DNA of 64,000 bases, from IMG/VR virus record IMGVR_UViG_3300020473_000016; one strand, given 5' to 3'. The notes under the pieces were generated by a model. The model was not told the origin of the DNA, searched no databases, and saw only the letters and a program-made list of their open reading frames with translations. This stretch comes from a virus. Positions within the stretch are counted from its first letter, which is position 1. Each line of letters opens with the position of its first letter. Of the stretch, positions 7,678 through 17,041 are shown one piece after another. The position numbers and the translations under genes were made by a program.

Positions 7678-10544
7678 TATGGGCAATCCACGTAACGACC
7701 AGTACCAATCTTAGTAGCACCAACTTCAGCAAGGGCATCAGTACCAAGACATACAAGTGATGGTAACATCTTAGCACCACTACCAGTACTACCTATGACT
7801 CTAATCTCTGGCATCTCTTCAAATGTTAATGCTCTATCCAAAACTCTCGCACCAATTACAAAACCATCATCATTAATAATTGCTTCAGCAACACCCTTCT
7901 GTCCATTAACATAAACATCTGGTTGTGTTGTATATCCTTGTCCTGGTCTTGTTACTGTAAATGAATCTATAATACAACGCTTATTATTACCAGAAGCAAG
8001 ATTTTTCTTATATCCATATCCACCAGTTAGGACACGAATTTCTGTCAAGAATCCTTGATTATCTAACAGACCCATTGCAGTTGCTCCAATACCATTACCA
8101 CCAATAAACACAAATGGTGGTTCTTTATATGCAGTTCCAGTACTCTTAACTGGTATATGAATAATGGAACCATTACCATCTGTAATAATATCACCACTAT
8201 CAACAACAGGTGGTATAATTCCTTTTCCAGGATCTGTACCTGGTGTATCACCTTCTCCTTGATCAAAATCTGGTAAATCTTGATCTGTTGGAGCAGTAAT
8301 CAATACATCACATGTTGCACCTTTACCATGTATAGTAAATGTTAATGTCTCTTCGTCTTCTATTTCATTATCTTCTTCAATACCAACTGTTATTGCTGCT
8401 GAATTATTATTAATTACAAATTCTCCTTGTAATTGACCACCAACAATATCAGATTCTGTTATACCATTTCCAGTTAAACTATAGTATGCAACAGTTCCAT
8501 TAGCAACATTCCTTGTAGTAATTGAATAAATTACAAAATCTCCTTCTTTAACAGTAAGTTTATCTGAAATTACATTCCATGTTTCTTGTGTCCCAATTTG
8601 ATCGTTTGGATCATTATCAATTCCCTCTCCTGGAACTGTATCTGTAGTATCTGGTGGGAAAACCTTATCAATTTCAATAAATGGATCTGTAATGGGTGGA
8701 ATATAAGGATCTGTTGGTTCTTGTACAGGTTCTTCTTTAATCTTACATCGACCAATATTTTTAACGAACTTATGTCCTATACCACTTTCCTTTGAAGGAG
8801 AGTTCATTTCCAATTTAACATAGAAATACTCATCTGTTTCTCTCTCAGGTGTGAATAAGGTTTGGAATGTTATTGTCTTTTCAGTTTCATTTGGAAGGAA
8901 TCCAAGAATACCGTCTTCTGGAAGATAATCTTCATTTACAGTAGCAGTACCTTTGTTTAAATTCTTATATGATACAGAAGATGATACATCAGTTCTTCCT
9001 TTTCTAGTAACTGTGAATATTGCTTCATTTCCTTCTTCAACTTCTATATTATTAATATCATATATGATATTATTATCTAACAAAGTATCTGTAACACCAC
9101 CTGTAAATCCTACAGTAGTTAATATTAATGGTTTACCTTTATATGCATCTTCACAAACATATTGTGTATAATCTGCTTGAGTATCACCAAATGCATTTTC
9201 AATTTGTTCTAACAATTTATCTAATCCTTTTGGTTCTTCATCATTTTCTTCAGTTGTAGTACCATCATCCTTTTCTCCACTTGTACATGTCGCTGACCAT
9301 TCACTACATTGTAAATCAGGACCAGAGCATTGAATACCAAGTAGTTTTAGTACATAATTAATAGCATTACCAATAATATTAAATGGAGTAGCAATGGCAG
9401 CAAGTATAGTTTGTAGAGGACCAAGAATGTCTGCTAATAATTCTTCTAGCAAAGACGAAATCTTAGATAATATACCACCAATTAACTCATCAACCTGACA
9501 AGCAGCAGCACGATAAATTGACTGAACATAATTCATTAATACGTTAGTCAACCATTGTGCTAATCTATCACCAAGATCTGCCATCTTACATCCAAGATTG
9601 GCAAGCATTTTATTAATCCATTCTGTAATAGGACTTAATGCATTACCTTTCTTAGAAGGATATAACAATGCTTTTATAAGTTTCTTAACTGCTTTTGTTA
9701 TTAAAGCATTCACATAACCTTTTACGTTCGCAAGTAAAGCACGAATAAGAGACATGAATTTATTAACATACTTTCTAGCAGCATATATTCCATCATACAA
9801 CCCACCAGTTGTCTGGTTCACATAATAAGTTCCAATATTACCATTATTCTTCTGAACTTCATTTAAAAACTCCGCTAGATAAACTTTAGTTTTTTTACTA
9901 AAGTTCCTTTCACTTTCATCACAAACTTGACCATTAGTTGCACACCACTCTTCTCTAGATATATCATCCCATGTTGCTGGTTTAGGAACAGTTTCAAGAA
10001 CAGGGTTCCAATTCTTTGTCCCACCATCATTTAAAGGACCTGTTAAATTGTTTGTTTTAAAATCTCCTCGAGGACCACCTGACCACTCTTCAAACTTAAA
10101 TTCTGCATCAACTTCTTTTAAGCTTAATTGATCTGTATTAATATAAGACTCAAAAGTCATTGCGTCACCAGGACGACCAACCTTAGTAACAGTAGTAGCA
10201 CCTGGAGTCTGTCCAACAGACCCCATAATTATTGGTTTCTGTTTCTCATGATCGAGATAGAAACCAATAACCCAACAACCTATTTGTAACTGTGGATGAG
10301 CACCACCAAGATTTCCAGGCAGAAATGGAACGTTGACAGGCATCATTACATTTGCCCATGGCAAATCTGCGGTAGAAAGAATCTCAGGATCTTTTGGATG
10401 ATCCCCGATTATTCTTACCTTAAAACGATAACCGCCCTTGTTGTTTACTTCATCACGAGCGTTACCTTCAATTTGTCCAATCCACCAACTGAAACCATCT
10501 TGACCGATTCTTCCAGTTGGATTTATCTGCGAAAATAGGTCCAT
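7677..10544 (-). CDS. gp5: Baseplate hub/spike gp5 N-terminal (OB-fold) protein with Calx-beta/Ig-like domains
   Basis: GFSWWIGQIE..RFKVRIIGDHP..DLPWA..P..G.WVIGFYLD..QKPIIMG is the gp5 OB-fold. VEEGNEAIFTVTR..ATVNEDY..GILGF..ETEKTI is a Calx-beta motif. No lysozyme motif seen. Confidence 0.8.
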   Translation of the reverse strand: MDLFSQINPTGRIGQDGFSWWIGQIEGNARDEVNNKGGYRFKVRIIGDHPKDPEILSTADLPWANVMMPVNVPFLPGNLGGAHPQLQIGCWVIGFYLDHEKQKPIIMGSVGQTPGATTVTKVGRPGDAMTFESYINTDQLSLKEVDAEFKFEEWSGGPRGDFKTNNLTGPLNDGGTKNWNPVLETVPKPATWDDISREEWCATNGQVCDESERNFSKKTKVYLAEFLNEVQKNNGNIGTYYVNQTTGGLYDGIYAARKYVNKFMSLIRALLANVKGYVNALITKAVKKLIKALLYPSKKGNALSPITEWINKMLANLGCKMADLGDRLAQWLTNVLMNYVQSIYRAAACQVDELIGGILSKISSLLEELLADILGPLQTILAAIATPFNIIGNAINYVLKLLGIQCSGPDLQCSEWSATCTSGEKDDGTTTEENDEEPKGLDKLLEQIENAFGDTQADYTQYVCEDAYKGKPLILTTVGFTGGVTDTLLDNNIIYDINNIEVEEGNEAIFTVTRKGRTDVSSSVSYKNLNKGTATVNEDYLPEDGILGFLPNETEKTITFQTLFTPERETDEYFYVKLEMNSPSKESGIGHKFVKNIGRCKIKEEPVQEPTDPYIPPITDPFIEIDKVFPPDTTDTVPGEGIDNDPNDQIGTQETWNVISDKLTVKEGDFVIYSITTRNVANGTVAYYSLTGNGITESDIVGGQLQGEFVINNNSAAITVGIEEDNEIEDEETLTFTIHGKGATCDVLITAPTDQDLPDFDQGEGDTPGTDPGKGIIPPVVDSGDIITDGNGSIIHIPVKSTGTAYKEPPFVFIGGNGIGATAMGLLDNQGFLTEIRVLTGGYGYKKNLASGNNKRCIIDSFTVTRPGQGYTTQPDVYVNGQKGVAEAIINDDGFVIGARVLDRALTFEEMPEIRVIGSTGSGAKMLPSLVCLGTDALAEVGATKIGTGRYVDCP

Positions 10545-10772
10545 TTAATCATCGTATATTAAACATTCTGGTTCATCTGGATGTTGATCACAAAAGAGTT
10601 CAATAGTATTAGGATCATGGTGGTCACCTGCTTCTATCTCATCTTTATGATGCTCTACATATTCTTCTAGATCATGCAACTCATCCTTAATATGCCGTCT
10701 AGCAGCAGGATTCGTTGTAGGATCATCAAGAATTTCTTTATCTTTTTCTATGTGCTTTTCGATACTTTCCAT
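10545..10772 (-). CDS. cp12: CP12 Calvin-cycle inhibitor
   Basis: C-terminal ELFCDQHPDEPECLIYDD. Likely start MESIEKH at 10772 with Shine-Dalgarno (SD) AGGAGG, and CTAAATA late motif upstream. Confidence 0.9.
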   Translation of the reverse strand: MESIEKHIEKDKEILDDPTTNPAARRHIKDELHDLEEYVEHHKDEIEAGDHHDPNTIELFCDQHPDEPECLIYDD

Positions 10773-10800
10773 GTGATAGAATACCTCCTTATCAATGTAT

Positions 10801-12219
10801 TTAGTACTCAGCTGCATCATTAACACCCGAAGAATCTCTACAAAGAACTAAAGTCGATGTAAAGTGACCATTTCCAGAGGAAGGTGGTTTCAGGCTGTAA
10901 TTATGAGCGACTTCGTATACTAAGTATACACCACTACTCTCTGGATCGTATGGTTCTGTCCTGGATTCTTCATTTGGCAACTTACTCTTTAATTTTATCG
11001 TAACCTTATCTCCTGCACATATTTCGGAATTTCCAGGAATTACGATAGTACATTGCTGTTGTTTTAACAACTCATATCTAGCATTACTCTGAGCAGCATA
11101 GTATTTTACCCAATCAGCAAATTCTGAAGGATCCGTAGCACCATCCTGATCTTCTGGTGAAGCTGGACCACCTTCATTATACCATGTTTCATGATCTATA
11201 AAAGAAACTATGATTCTTGAATATTGTTTCGTTAAATCTTTTTCCCCAGTGCTTAATTGTGGTTGAGAAGTTGTTCCTCCTAGATGTGCTATATTATCAT
11301 AAGCACTACTAATATTATATTCTACTTCATCATATTCTCCTGTAGATAAATTAAAAGTAGCAACCTTAGTAGCATACTTACCTTTCCTAAGACTTTCTAA
11401 AAGATTAAGATCAGATCCAAAGTGAGAAAATTGAATAGAAAATTGAGTATCGGCAATATCATCATTTGCTAATTGCTCAACATATGGTCCCCATGATGGA
11501 GACTGTAATTGCGGAGCAGCAAACTGTTTTCCATCAACATCACATAAAGCATCTAAAGAAAAGAAATTATATCCTCTTCTATTTTCCCAAAAATAAAATC
11601 CAGCACTACCTTTTACTGATTCGGTAGTTTCCCATGGAAACTCCTCTGTATCTGTCTGAGGTGTATTAAATGAAGATTTTGTAGAAATACTCTTTGTTGC
11701 TATTGTTGAAATAATATCAAATGGTCTCCTTCTTATAGGTAATAATTTAGTTTTAAATAACGTAGGTTCGCTAAAAAAGTCTTTTTGACTATTAAGTTGT
11801 TCTGTAAGTAATTTAGCAGCTATTTGATCACCAGTTCCTTCTATTGGAGCACTCAATCTAACAACTTCATTACCTAGTGCTTCCTCAGTTACCAGACCAA
11901 TGGTATATGTTTGTATATTATTTTGAGCATATCTTCCTTGAACAGTGAAAATACGCATACTATACGTAATTAATTCTGGATTAATAGTAGTTTTAACAAC
12001 AATTTCTATTTTTTCAGTTCCTTGTATAGGAACCGCATTTAATAAACCACCAGCATCAACAATCTCCATCCTTCCTGCTACGAAAGGAGATGTAATATTT
12101 TCTGAATATACAAAAAATTGTATTAGAGATAGAGAAACAACTATAGGATCTCTACCATCATTAGGAAATATTTTACAAGACCTTAGCTCGAATTCTGATG
12201 CTGATGATGGTGATGACAT
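10801..12219 (-). CDS. Baseplate hub protein (gp27/VgrG-like)
   Basis: YSENITSPFVAGRMEIVD..LLNAVPIQGTE near the N-terminus and IPGNSEICAGDKV..SGVYLVYEVAH at the C-terminus. Sits between the tape-measure-like gene and gp5. Confidence 0.6.
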   Translation of the reverse strand: MSSPSSASEFELRSCKIFPNDGRDPIVVSLSLIQFFVYSENITSPFVAGRMEIVDAGGLLNAVPIQGTEKIEIVVKTTINPELITYSMRIFTVQGRYAQNNIQTYTIGLVTEEALGNEVVRLSAPIEGTGDQIAAKLLTEQLNSQKDFFSEPTLFKTKLLPIRRRPFDIISTIATKSISTKSSFNTPQTDTEEFPWETTESVKGSAGFYFWENRRGYNFFSLDALCDVDGKQFAAPQLQSPSWGPYVEQLANDDIADTQFSIQFSHFGSDLNLLESLRKGKYATKVATFNLSTGEYDEVEYNISSAYDNIAHLGGTTSQPQLSTGEKDLTKQYSRIIVSFIDHETWYNEGGPASPEDQDGATDPSEFADWVKYYAAQSNARYELLKQQQCTIVIPGNSEICAGDKVTIKLKSKLPNEESRTEPYDPESSGVYLVYEVAHNYSLKPPSSGNGHFTSTLVLCRDSSGVNDAAEY

Positions 12220-12221
12220 AG

Positions 12222-14237
12222 TTATAGAGTAGCGAGATTAAGAGCAGAAAATGTAGTTAGGAACTCTCCATGTCCAGGAGTAGGCATTGTAAAGTTAGGT
12301 GTAAAGGTTTCTCCTTTTTCACCATCACCTGTACTATAGAAATTATTAATAACCATACCACCTTCATTATTCGATAATTCAGCCATAGCAAGTGAATCAG
12401 CAAAACTACTACCAGTATTTGATTGATCACCAGTAATTGCTTGTTCTGCTTGATGCTTGTTTAATAAATCATGCCACTGTTGTGTAACAGGAACACCTTC
12501 AAACTCACTTCCAACTGGTGTATCCAACATAGCTTGAATCTGTTCAGGAGTCATCTGATCTATGACCTGCTGCATTGAAGATGCATCAAGAGTTTGTTGT
12601 TCTTCATTGTTTGCCCATGGATTCTTAATACCCATCCACTGTGGTCCAATAAAACCGTCTCCTTTTTGAGAACCCATTACATTTCTCATTGCCTCAAGAA
12701 AACCACTATTATTAATAGATTCAGCAGTATTGGAAAAGGATTCACCTACAATTGTCCTACCTTCTTCTGAAAATAAATTGGGAATTTCTATCTCATGACC
12801 AAAAAAGTCCTTAGTAAGAGTGAATACACCATCATCATCTTCACCACCAGTTACCTTTTGTACTTGGTCTATAACAGCACCGACAGTATTCGTAACAGTG
12901 TCAACAATATTTGAAGTAATGTCTGAAATACCACCTAATATCCCACCTAAAGCATCCATTCCTCCTTCAGCATTCCAAAATTGACTTAATCCAGCAGCAG
13001 CTAATTTTTTATGATCATTTCCTGCTTGTTTCCAACCTTCAACTTGCCATTTAGCTTGTTCTATTGCAAGTTTCTTACCACGACCACCACCTAAAGGTGT
13101 AACAGTATGTCTTTCTGGTCCATGTGCATTAAAGACTGCTCCAGATTCAGGTGCATCAATATCAAACATTCCACCAGTACGGAATCCTTTCTCACCACCT
13201 ATCAAATCCTTTGCTAATAAAGCAGAATCTAATCCAACTGATATTGCAGTTCCAACTCCAGGAAATGAAGATGCAACACCAGAACCTAGTTCTAATAAAG
13301 CACCACCCCAATCACCTCTCGCTAATCTTTGAGCAGCAAATATAGCACCAAGACCAGCACCAAGAAACGGAATTTTCTTAGCAAGCATCTTACCACCAAT
13401 GCTTGTTGCAGCTTTCCTAGAAAATCTCATTCCTAGTCTACTTGCTATTCTCGCACCTGTTCTTCCACCCAAAGCGGTCATGGTTCTTGTACCGATTGCT
13501 CGTAAACCACGTTTTCCAACCTGATTTGCAAGATTTTTAGTACCTATTCCCATACCTAGACGACCTGCTCTAGTTCCAGCCATCATCATTGGTAATAAAC
13601 CAGCACCTCCACCACCTCCACCACCAGAACCACCAGAAGAAGAAGCTGCACTTAATCTTTTTATTGGATCTGTAGAACTTAAATTTTTAACCTTCTCTAA
13701 ATTATTTTCTTCAGTAGTAGCTTTTGCACGATTTAAAGCTAATTGTGATAATCTTGCAGTTTCTTGATGAGCAGTAATAGCAGCCTGAGTTTGCTCTTCA
13801 ATAGCATTAACTATTTGCATAGTTACAGCAGTATTTTTATTAACTGCAACTACAACTGCTTCTAAAGTATCGCCAGTTTGGAAAAACGAATCATCTCCGA
13901 AATTACCAGTACCACCAGCAGCAGGAAATATGCCACGATTAGATGGCATTATATCAGGATTTACAGGGTTTATATCCCTTAAAGCACGACCACCAAAGAA
14001 ATTTGATCCACCACCAGCATCTACTTTTACAAATATATTGTTTACTGGTTGAGTTATAGTATTATTATCACCAACTGATACAATAGCACCACCTTTCTCT
14101 TGACCTTCCTCTTTTTCCTCACCTTTTGCAGTTACTTTATCCCACAACTTTTTACCAATCCAGTCCGTGAGCTCTCCAAAAGCTTTGCCCAAAGCATCTC
14201 CTCTGGTATCTTGGTATCCTACAGTTCCACTAGCCAT
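12222..14237 (-). CDS. Tape-measure-like protein (gp29 position)
   Basis: Helical Ala/Gly-rich protein with a glycine-zipper block (KIPFLGAGLGA..GDWGGA) and the GFRTGG..HGPE..VTPL motif common in tape-measure proteins. Confidence 0.6.
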   Translation of the reverse strand: MASGTVGYQDTRGDALGKAFGELTDWIGKKLWDKVTAKGEEKEEGQEKGGAIVSVGDNNTITQPVNNIFVKVDAGGGSNFFGGRALRDINPVNPDIMPSNRGIFPAAGGTGNFGDDSFFQTGDTLEAVVVAVNKNTAVTMQIVNAIEEQTQAAITAHQETARLSQLALNRAKATTEENNLEKVKNLSSTDPIKRLSAASSSGGSGGGGGGGAGLLPMMMAGTRAGRLGMGIGTKNLANQVGKRGLRAIGTRTMTALGGRTGARIASRLGMRFSRKAATSIGGKMLAKKIPFLGAGLGAIFAAQRLARGDWGGALLELGSGVASSFPGVGTAISVGLDSALLAKDLIGGEKGFRTGGMFDIDAPESGAVFNAHGPERHTVTPLGGGRGKKLAIEQAKWQVEGWKQAGNDHKKLAAAGLSQFWNAEGGMDALGGILGGISDITSNIVDTVTNTVGAVIDQVQKVTGGEDDDGVFTLTKDFFGHEIEIPNLFSEEGRTIVGESFSNTAESINNSGFLEAMRNVMGSQKGDGFIGPQWMGIKNPWANNEEQQTLDASSMQQVIDQMTPEQIQAMLDTPVGSEFEGVPVTQQWHDLLNKHQAEQAITGDQSNTGSSFADSLAMAELSNNEGGMVINNFYSTGDGEKGETFTPNFTMPTPGHGEFLTTFSALNLATL

Positions 14238-14430
14238 TTTTTTGTTTCTGTTGTTGTGCTTTTCTTGCTGCTTTCACTTGTTCCATATATTGCATTACAA
14301 GAGTTATATAAACTTGCCTTTCCCAAGGCATCATATTCTCAAGTTCACTCAAGCTATATTTATGATGATGCATCAAAGCAAAGTTGGTTTTATAATATCC
14401 CTCCAACGATGTATGAAAGAGGGCTATCCG
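14230..14430 (-). CDS. gp51: gp51-like module, probably translated as a -1 frameshift extension of gp26
   Basis: Frame reads RIALFHTSLEGYYKTNFALMHHHKYSLSELENMMPWERQVYITLVMQ...KNG*. First ATG is only at 14373, with no SD at normal spacing. Frame is entered at T TTT TTC (14436-14430). Confidence 0.75.
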   Translation of the reverse strand, partial: RIALFHTSLEGYYKTNFALMHHHKYSLSELENMMPWERQVYITLVMQYMEQVKAARKAQQQKQKNG

Positions 14431-15137
14431 AAAAAATTCTGTAGCCCGTTGATTGTAAACTCAGATTCTACACCAGTATTAGGATTTTTAACCTTAAAAC
14501 TATGCTCTACTCTAGGACATGTCTCAAAGAATTTCTGTAATGCACCAAATTGCTTTGTAGTCATTCCATCCACAAATTCCTTAAATTCCTGATGACTAGT
14601 AGTAGAAGAATCAAAAACTTCTTCTCCATCATAGATTTGATCTATACAAGATGCTATAACTTCAGTTATAGTGTCTTGTTCTGGTGCTTGTCCAATTATA
14701 GACCCTGAAATAAACTGGTTATATCCAGGATATTTCATAATAAGACCCATAGTATCAGTAAGTTCAACTTTCTTACTATGACCTTCTGGTCTTATAACTC
14801 CAACATTATTCAAATCTAATTTATAAGATACCTTAGTCTCATTATCATCTTTACATGTTAATACTAAGTCTACTACCTCTCCAACAGAAACAGCACGAAT
14901 ATTTAGAAAAATTAGCTCTAAGTCAAATAGAGTTAATTCATCTATCTTTATTCTCGTCTGTATACAAGATTTTAATAAATTTCTAACAGCAGATTCTATC
15001 TGCTTATCATCTCCAGAATCCAAAGCCAGTAAAAGCAATTTCTCCTCTTTTACTACAAATGGACGATATTTAATCTTTTTGCCTGTAGATGGTACTACCA
15101 ACTCATATGTCGGTAAAACCGTTTTTGGTAATGCCAT
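14424..15137 (-). CDS. gp26: Baseplate hub assembly protein gp26
   Basis: LPTYELVVPSTGKKIKYRPFVVKEEKLLL, FDLELIFLNIRAVSVGE, KFFETCP, and C-terminal GLQNFFG. Confidence 0.9.
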   Translation of the reverse strand: MALPKTVLPTYELVVPSTGKKIKYRPFVVKEEKLLLLALDSGDDKQIESAVRNLLKSCIQTRIKIDELTLFDLELIFLNIRAVSVGEVVDLVLTCKDDNETKVSYKLDLNNVGVIRPEGHSKKVELTDTMGLIMKYPGYNQFISGSIIGQAPEQDTITEVIASCIDQIYDGEEVFDSSTTSHQEFKEFVDGMTTKQFGALQKFFETCPRVEHSFKVKNPNTGVESEFTINGLQNFFG

Positions 15138-15168
15138 AAAATGTAATTCAAATCGTATATTTATTTAG

Positions 15169-15233
15169 CTCGACTTTTTGAGGCAATTTTTTGCCGAGTA
15201 AATTTTCCCCGATTCATGGAATTGAAAAGTCGA
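15169..15233. repeat. Palindromic intergenic element, copy A
   Basis: CTCGACTTTTTG, GGCAA-TTTT-TTGCC hairpin, and outer stem TCGACTTTT/AAAAGTCGA. Related to the elements at 18947 and 25741. Confidence 0.55.
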
Positions 15234-15242
15234 ATTTGCTGG

Positions 15243-15887
15243 CTATGACGCAAATCCAGCAAGTTGTGTGATGTCGTTGTTGACCGTGTAATGACGCATG
15301 TATGCAAATTGTGCAGTGACAGAAGCAATTTGAGTTGATCCAAACTGCATTGGTACAGCATCAATTGCATATGGGTAAGCTTTCTCTAAAATATATGTTA
15401 TTGCAGATCTTGGTCTTTGACTTCTTGCTAATTCTGCCTTACTAATCGCAATATCACACATATAATAATCTGGGTAATTTAGTCTAACTGTTCTATTCTT
15501 GCGTTTATATGAACCATAAGCAGCCTCCATAGGTTGATTTTTAGTGTTAAATGACATACCATCATATGATCCGTTAAAGATATAATCATTCCAAGCATTT
15601 AAAAACTTCAACATACCTAAATTAGCATCAAGTTGAAATCCTAACTGAATTTCCGTAAACACACGAGTATGTGCATATGGAACTGATCCAGAACCAACAT
15701 ACATTCCATTAATATTACCTTGAGCAGTGTTAATGTTTGGCAACTGTGCTTCACTACACATATGCTCTGTCATTACATCCAAATCTGGAATCTTAACAGG
15801 AGGATTTAAAAACTTAACTTTAAAGTTGTTTGTAGTTGCCATACCGCCATTCTTGGCGATAAGTTCAATAAAATTCTTTACGGACAC
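15243..15887 (-). CDS. Tail tube initiator-like protein (gp54/gp19 fold)
   Basis: GGMATTNNFKVKF, MCSEAQLP, YILEKAYP..I...Q......VTAQFAY tube-fold pattern. T4-like synteny opposite gp4. Confidence 0.6.
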   Translation of the reverse strand: MSVKNFIELIAKNGGMATTNNFKVKFLNPPVKIPDLDVMTEHMCSEAQLPNINTAQGNINGMYVGSGSVPYAHTRVFTEIQLGFQLDANLGMLKFLNAWNDYIFNGSYDGMSFNTKNQPMEAAYGSYKRKNRTVRLNYPDYYMCDIAISKAELARSQRPRSAITYILEKAYPYAIDAVPMQFGSTQIASVTAQFAYMRHYTVNNDITQLAGFAS

Positions 15888-15918
15888 CCTAAATACCTAT
15901 ATTGGTACAATTATATTT

Positions 15919-16350
15919 ATGGCATACTCTGGATTGTATAAACCCATACATCCCAGAAAGTATCGTGGCAATCCAACTAGGATAGTTTATAGATCATTAT
16001 GGGAACGTAAATTCATGGTGTATTGTGATAATACACCAGGTATTTTAGAGTGGGGAAGTGAAGAAGTTATAATACCATATCGTGCTCCCGATGGGAGAGT
16101 GAGAAGATATTATCCAGACTTTTACATAAAAGTTCGTGAGAAGTCAGGACAAATATCAAAATATATTATTGAAATTAAACCTAAGAAACAAACAAAACCC
16201 CCTTATGGTAAAGATAAGAGAACTGCTGCATATAAGAAAGCTGTTCTGACGTTTGCAAAAAACCGTGCTAAATGGGATGCTGCTCAGAACTTCTGTGAAG
16301 ACAGGCAGATGAAATTTTTAATACTCACAGAGGATCATTTAGCGGTATGA
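15919..16350 (+). CDS. gp4: Head completion nuclease gp4
   Basis: True start MAYSG at 15919. KYRGNPTRIVYRSLWE, WGSEE..IPY, RRYYPDF and IEIKP motifs. Confidence 0.9.
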   Translation: MAYSGLYKPIHPRKYRGNPTRIVYRSLWERKFMVYCDNTPGILEWGSEEVIIPYRAPDGRVRRYYPDFYIKVREKSGQISKYIIEIKPKKQTKPPYGKDKRTAAYKKAVLTFAKNRAKWDAAQNFCEDRQMKFLILTEDHLAV

Positions 16351-16354
16351 GAAA

Positions 16355-17041
16355 ATGGCAAAAGGATTTGGAGAAGTACAAACAGTTAACCCTACAAACA
16401 AGTCAGGGCAAAACACACTGTTTGAAAAAATAAACGTTGCTGCTGGAGGAGAGAAGAAACCTCTTTCATGGTACAGAACAACAGTAAAAAGAATAGCAAC
16501 TGGATATAATAAGAATTTTGAAAAGTATATTAGAGACGAGAAGAAAGATAGAGGTGAAGCATCCGAAGATCAAGACCAAAATGAACTAAGACGGTATGTT
16601 ATACAAGGTCACATGTATATGTTTGAGTACGAAGCGAAGAGCAAGTATCTTCCTTACTACGACAAATTTCCACTTGTATATGTTATTAAGTCTAGTAAGA
16701 GTGAATTCTGGGGTCTCAACTTACATTACATACCATTAAAGAAAAGAATAGCAGCAACAAATAAACTAATGAGTGATAGAATTGACATGCCTAAGAGGTG
16801 TCTACATAAATATCTACATAGTCATGTGCAAGGACTTTATCTTGACCTTGCGAAATCGGAATGGGATACTGCTATCCTATTACCTACTGATCACTTTGTT
16901 AAGTCAGCCCAAAAAGCAGAATTTGATATTGCTAGGGAAGATGTGTGGAAAGATACCAATGATGCTTTCTATGATAAATTTAAAGCAGCAAGAGTCGTAA
17001 AAGGATACGGCACTGTACAAAGTAGAGAAATGGCACAATGA
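16355..17041 (+). CDS. gp2: DNA end protector protein gp2
   Basis: GHMYMFEYEAK..LPYYDKFPLV, GLNLHY and CLHKYL motifs. Confidence 0.85.
   Translation: MAKGFGEVQTVNPTNKSGQNTLFEKINVAAGGEKKPLSWYRTTVKRIATGYNKNFEKYIRDEKKDRGEASEDQDQNELRRYVIQGHMYMFEYEAKSKYLPYYDKFPLVYVIKSSKSEFWGLNLHYIPLKKRIAATNKLMSDRIDMPKRCLHKYLHSHVQGLYLDLAKSEWDTAILLPTDHFVKSAQKAEFDIAREDVWKDTNDAFYDKFKAARVVKGYGTVQSREMAQ

Noticed and set aside
14100-14592. Plus-strand ORFs 14100..14444 and 14167..14592 across the frameshift site
   Set aside because: Antisense to three recognisable genes, with no SD or motifs.
15727-15918. 64-aa N-terminal extension of gp4 in the ORF track
   Set aside because: Antisense to the gp54-like gene. Homology-like sequence begins at MAYSG (15919), after a CTAAATA motif.
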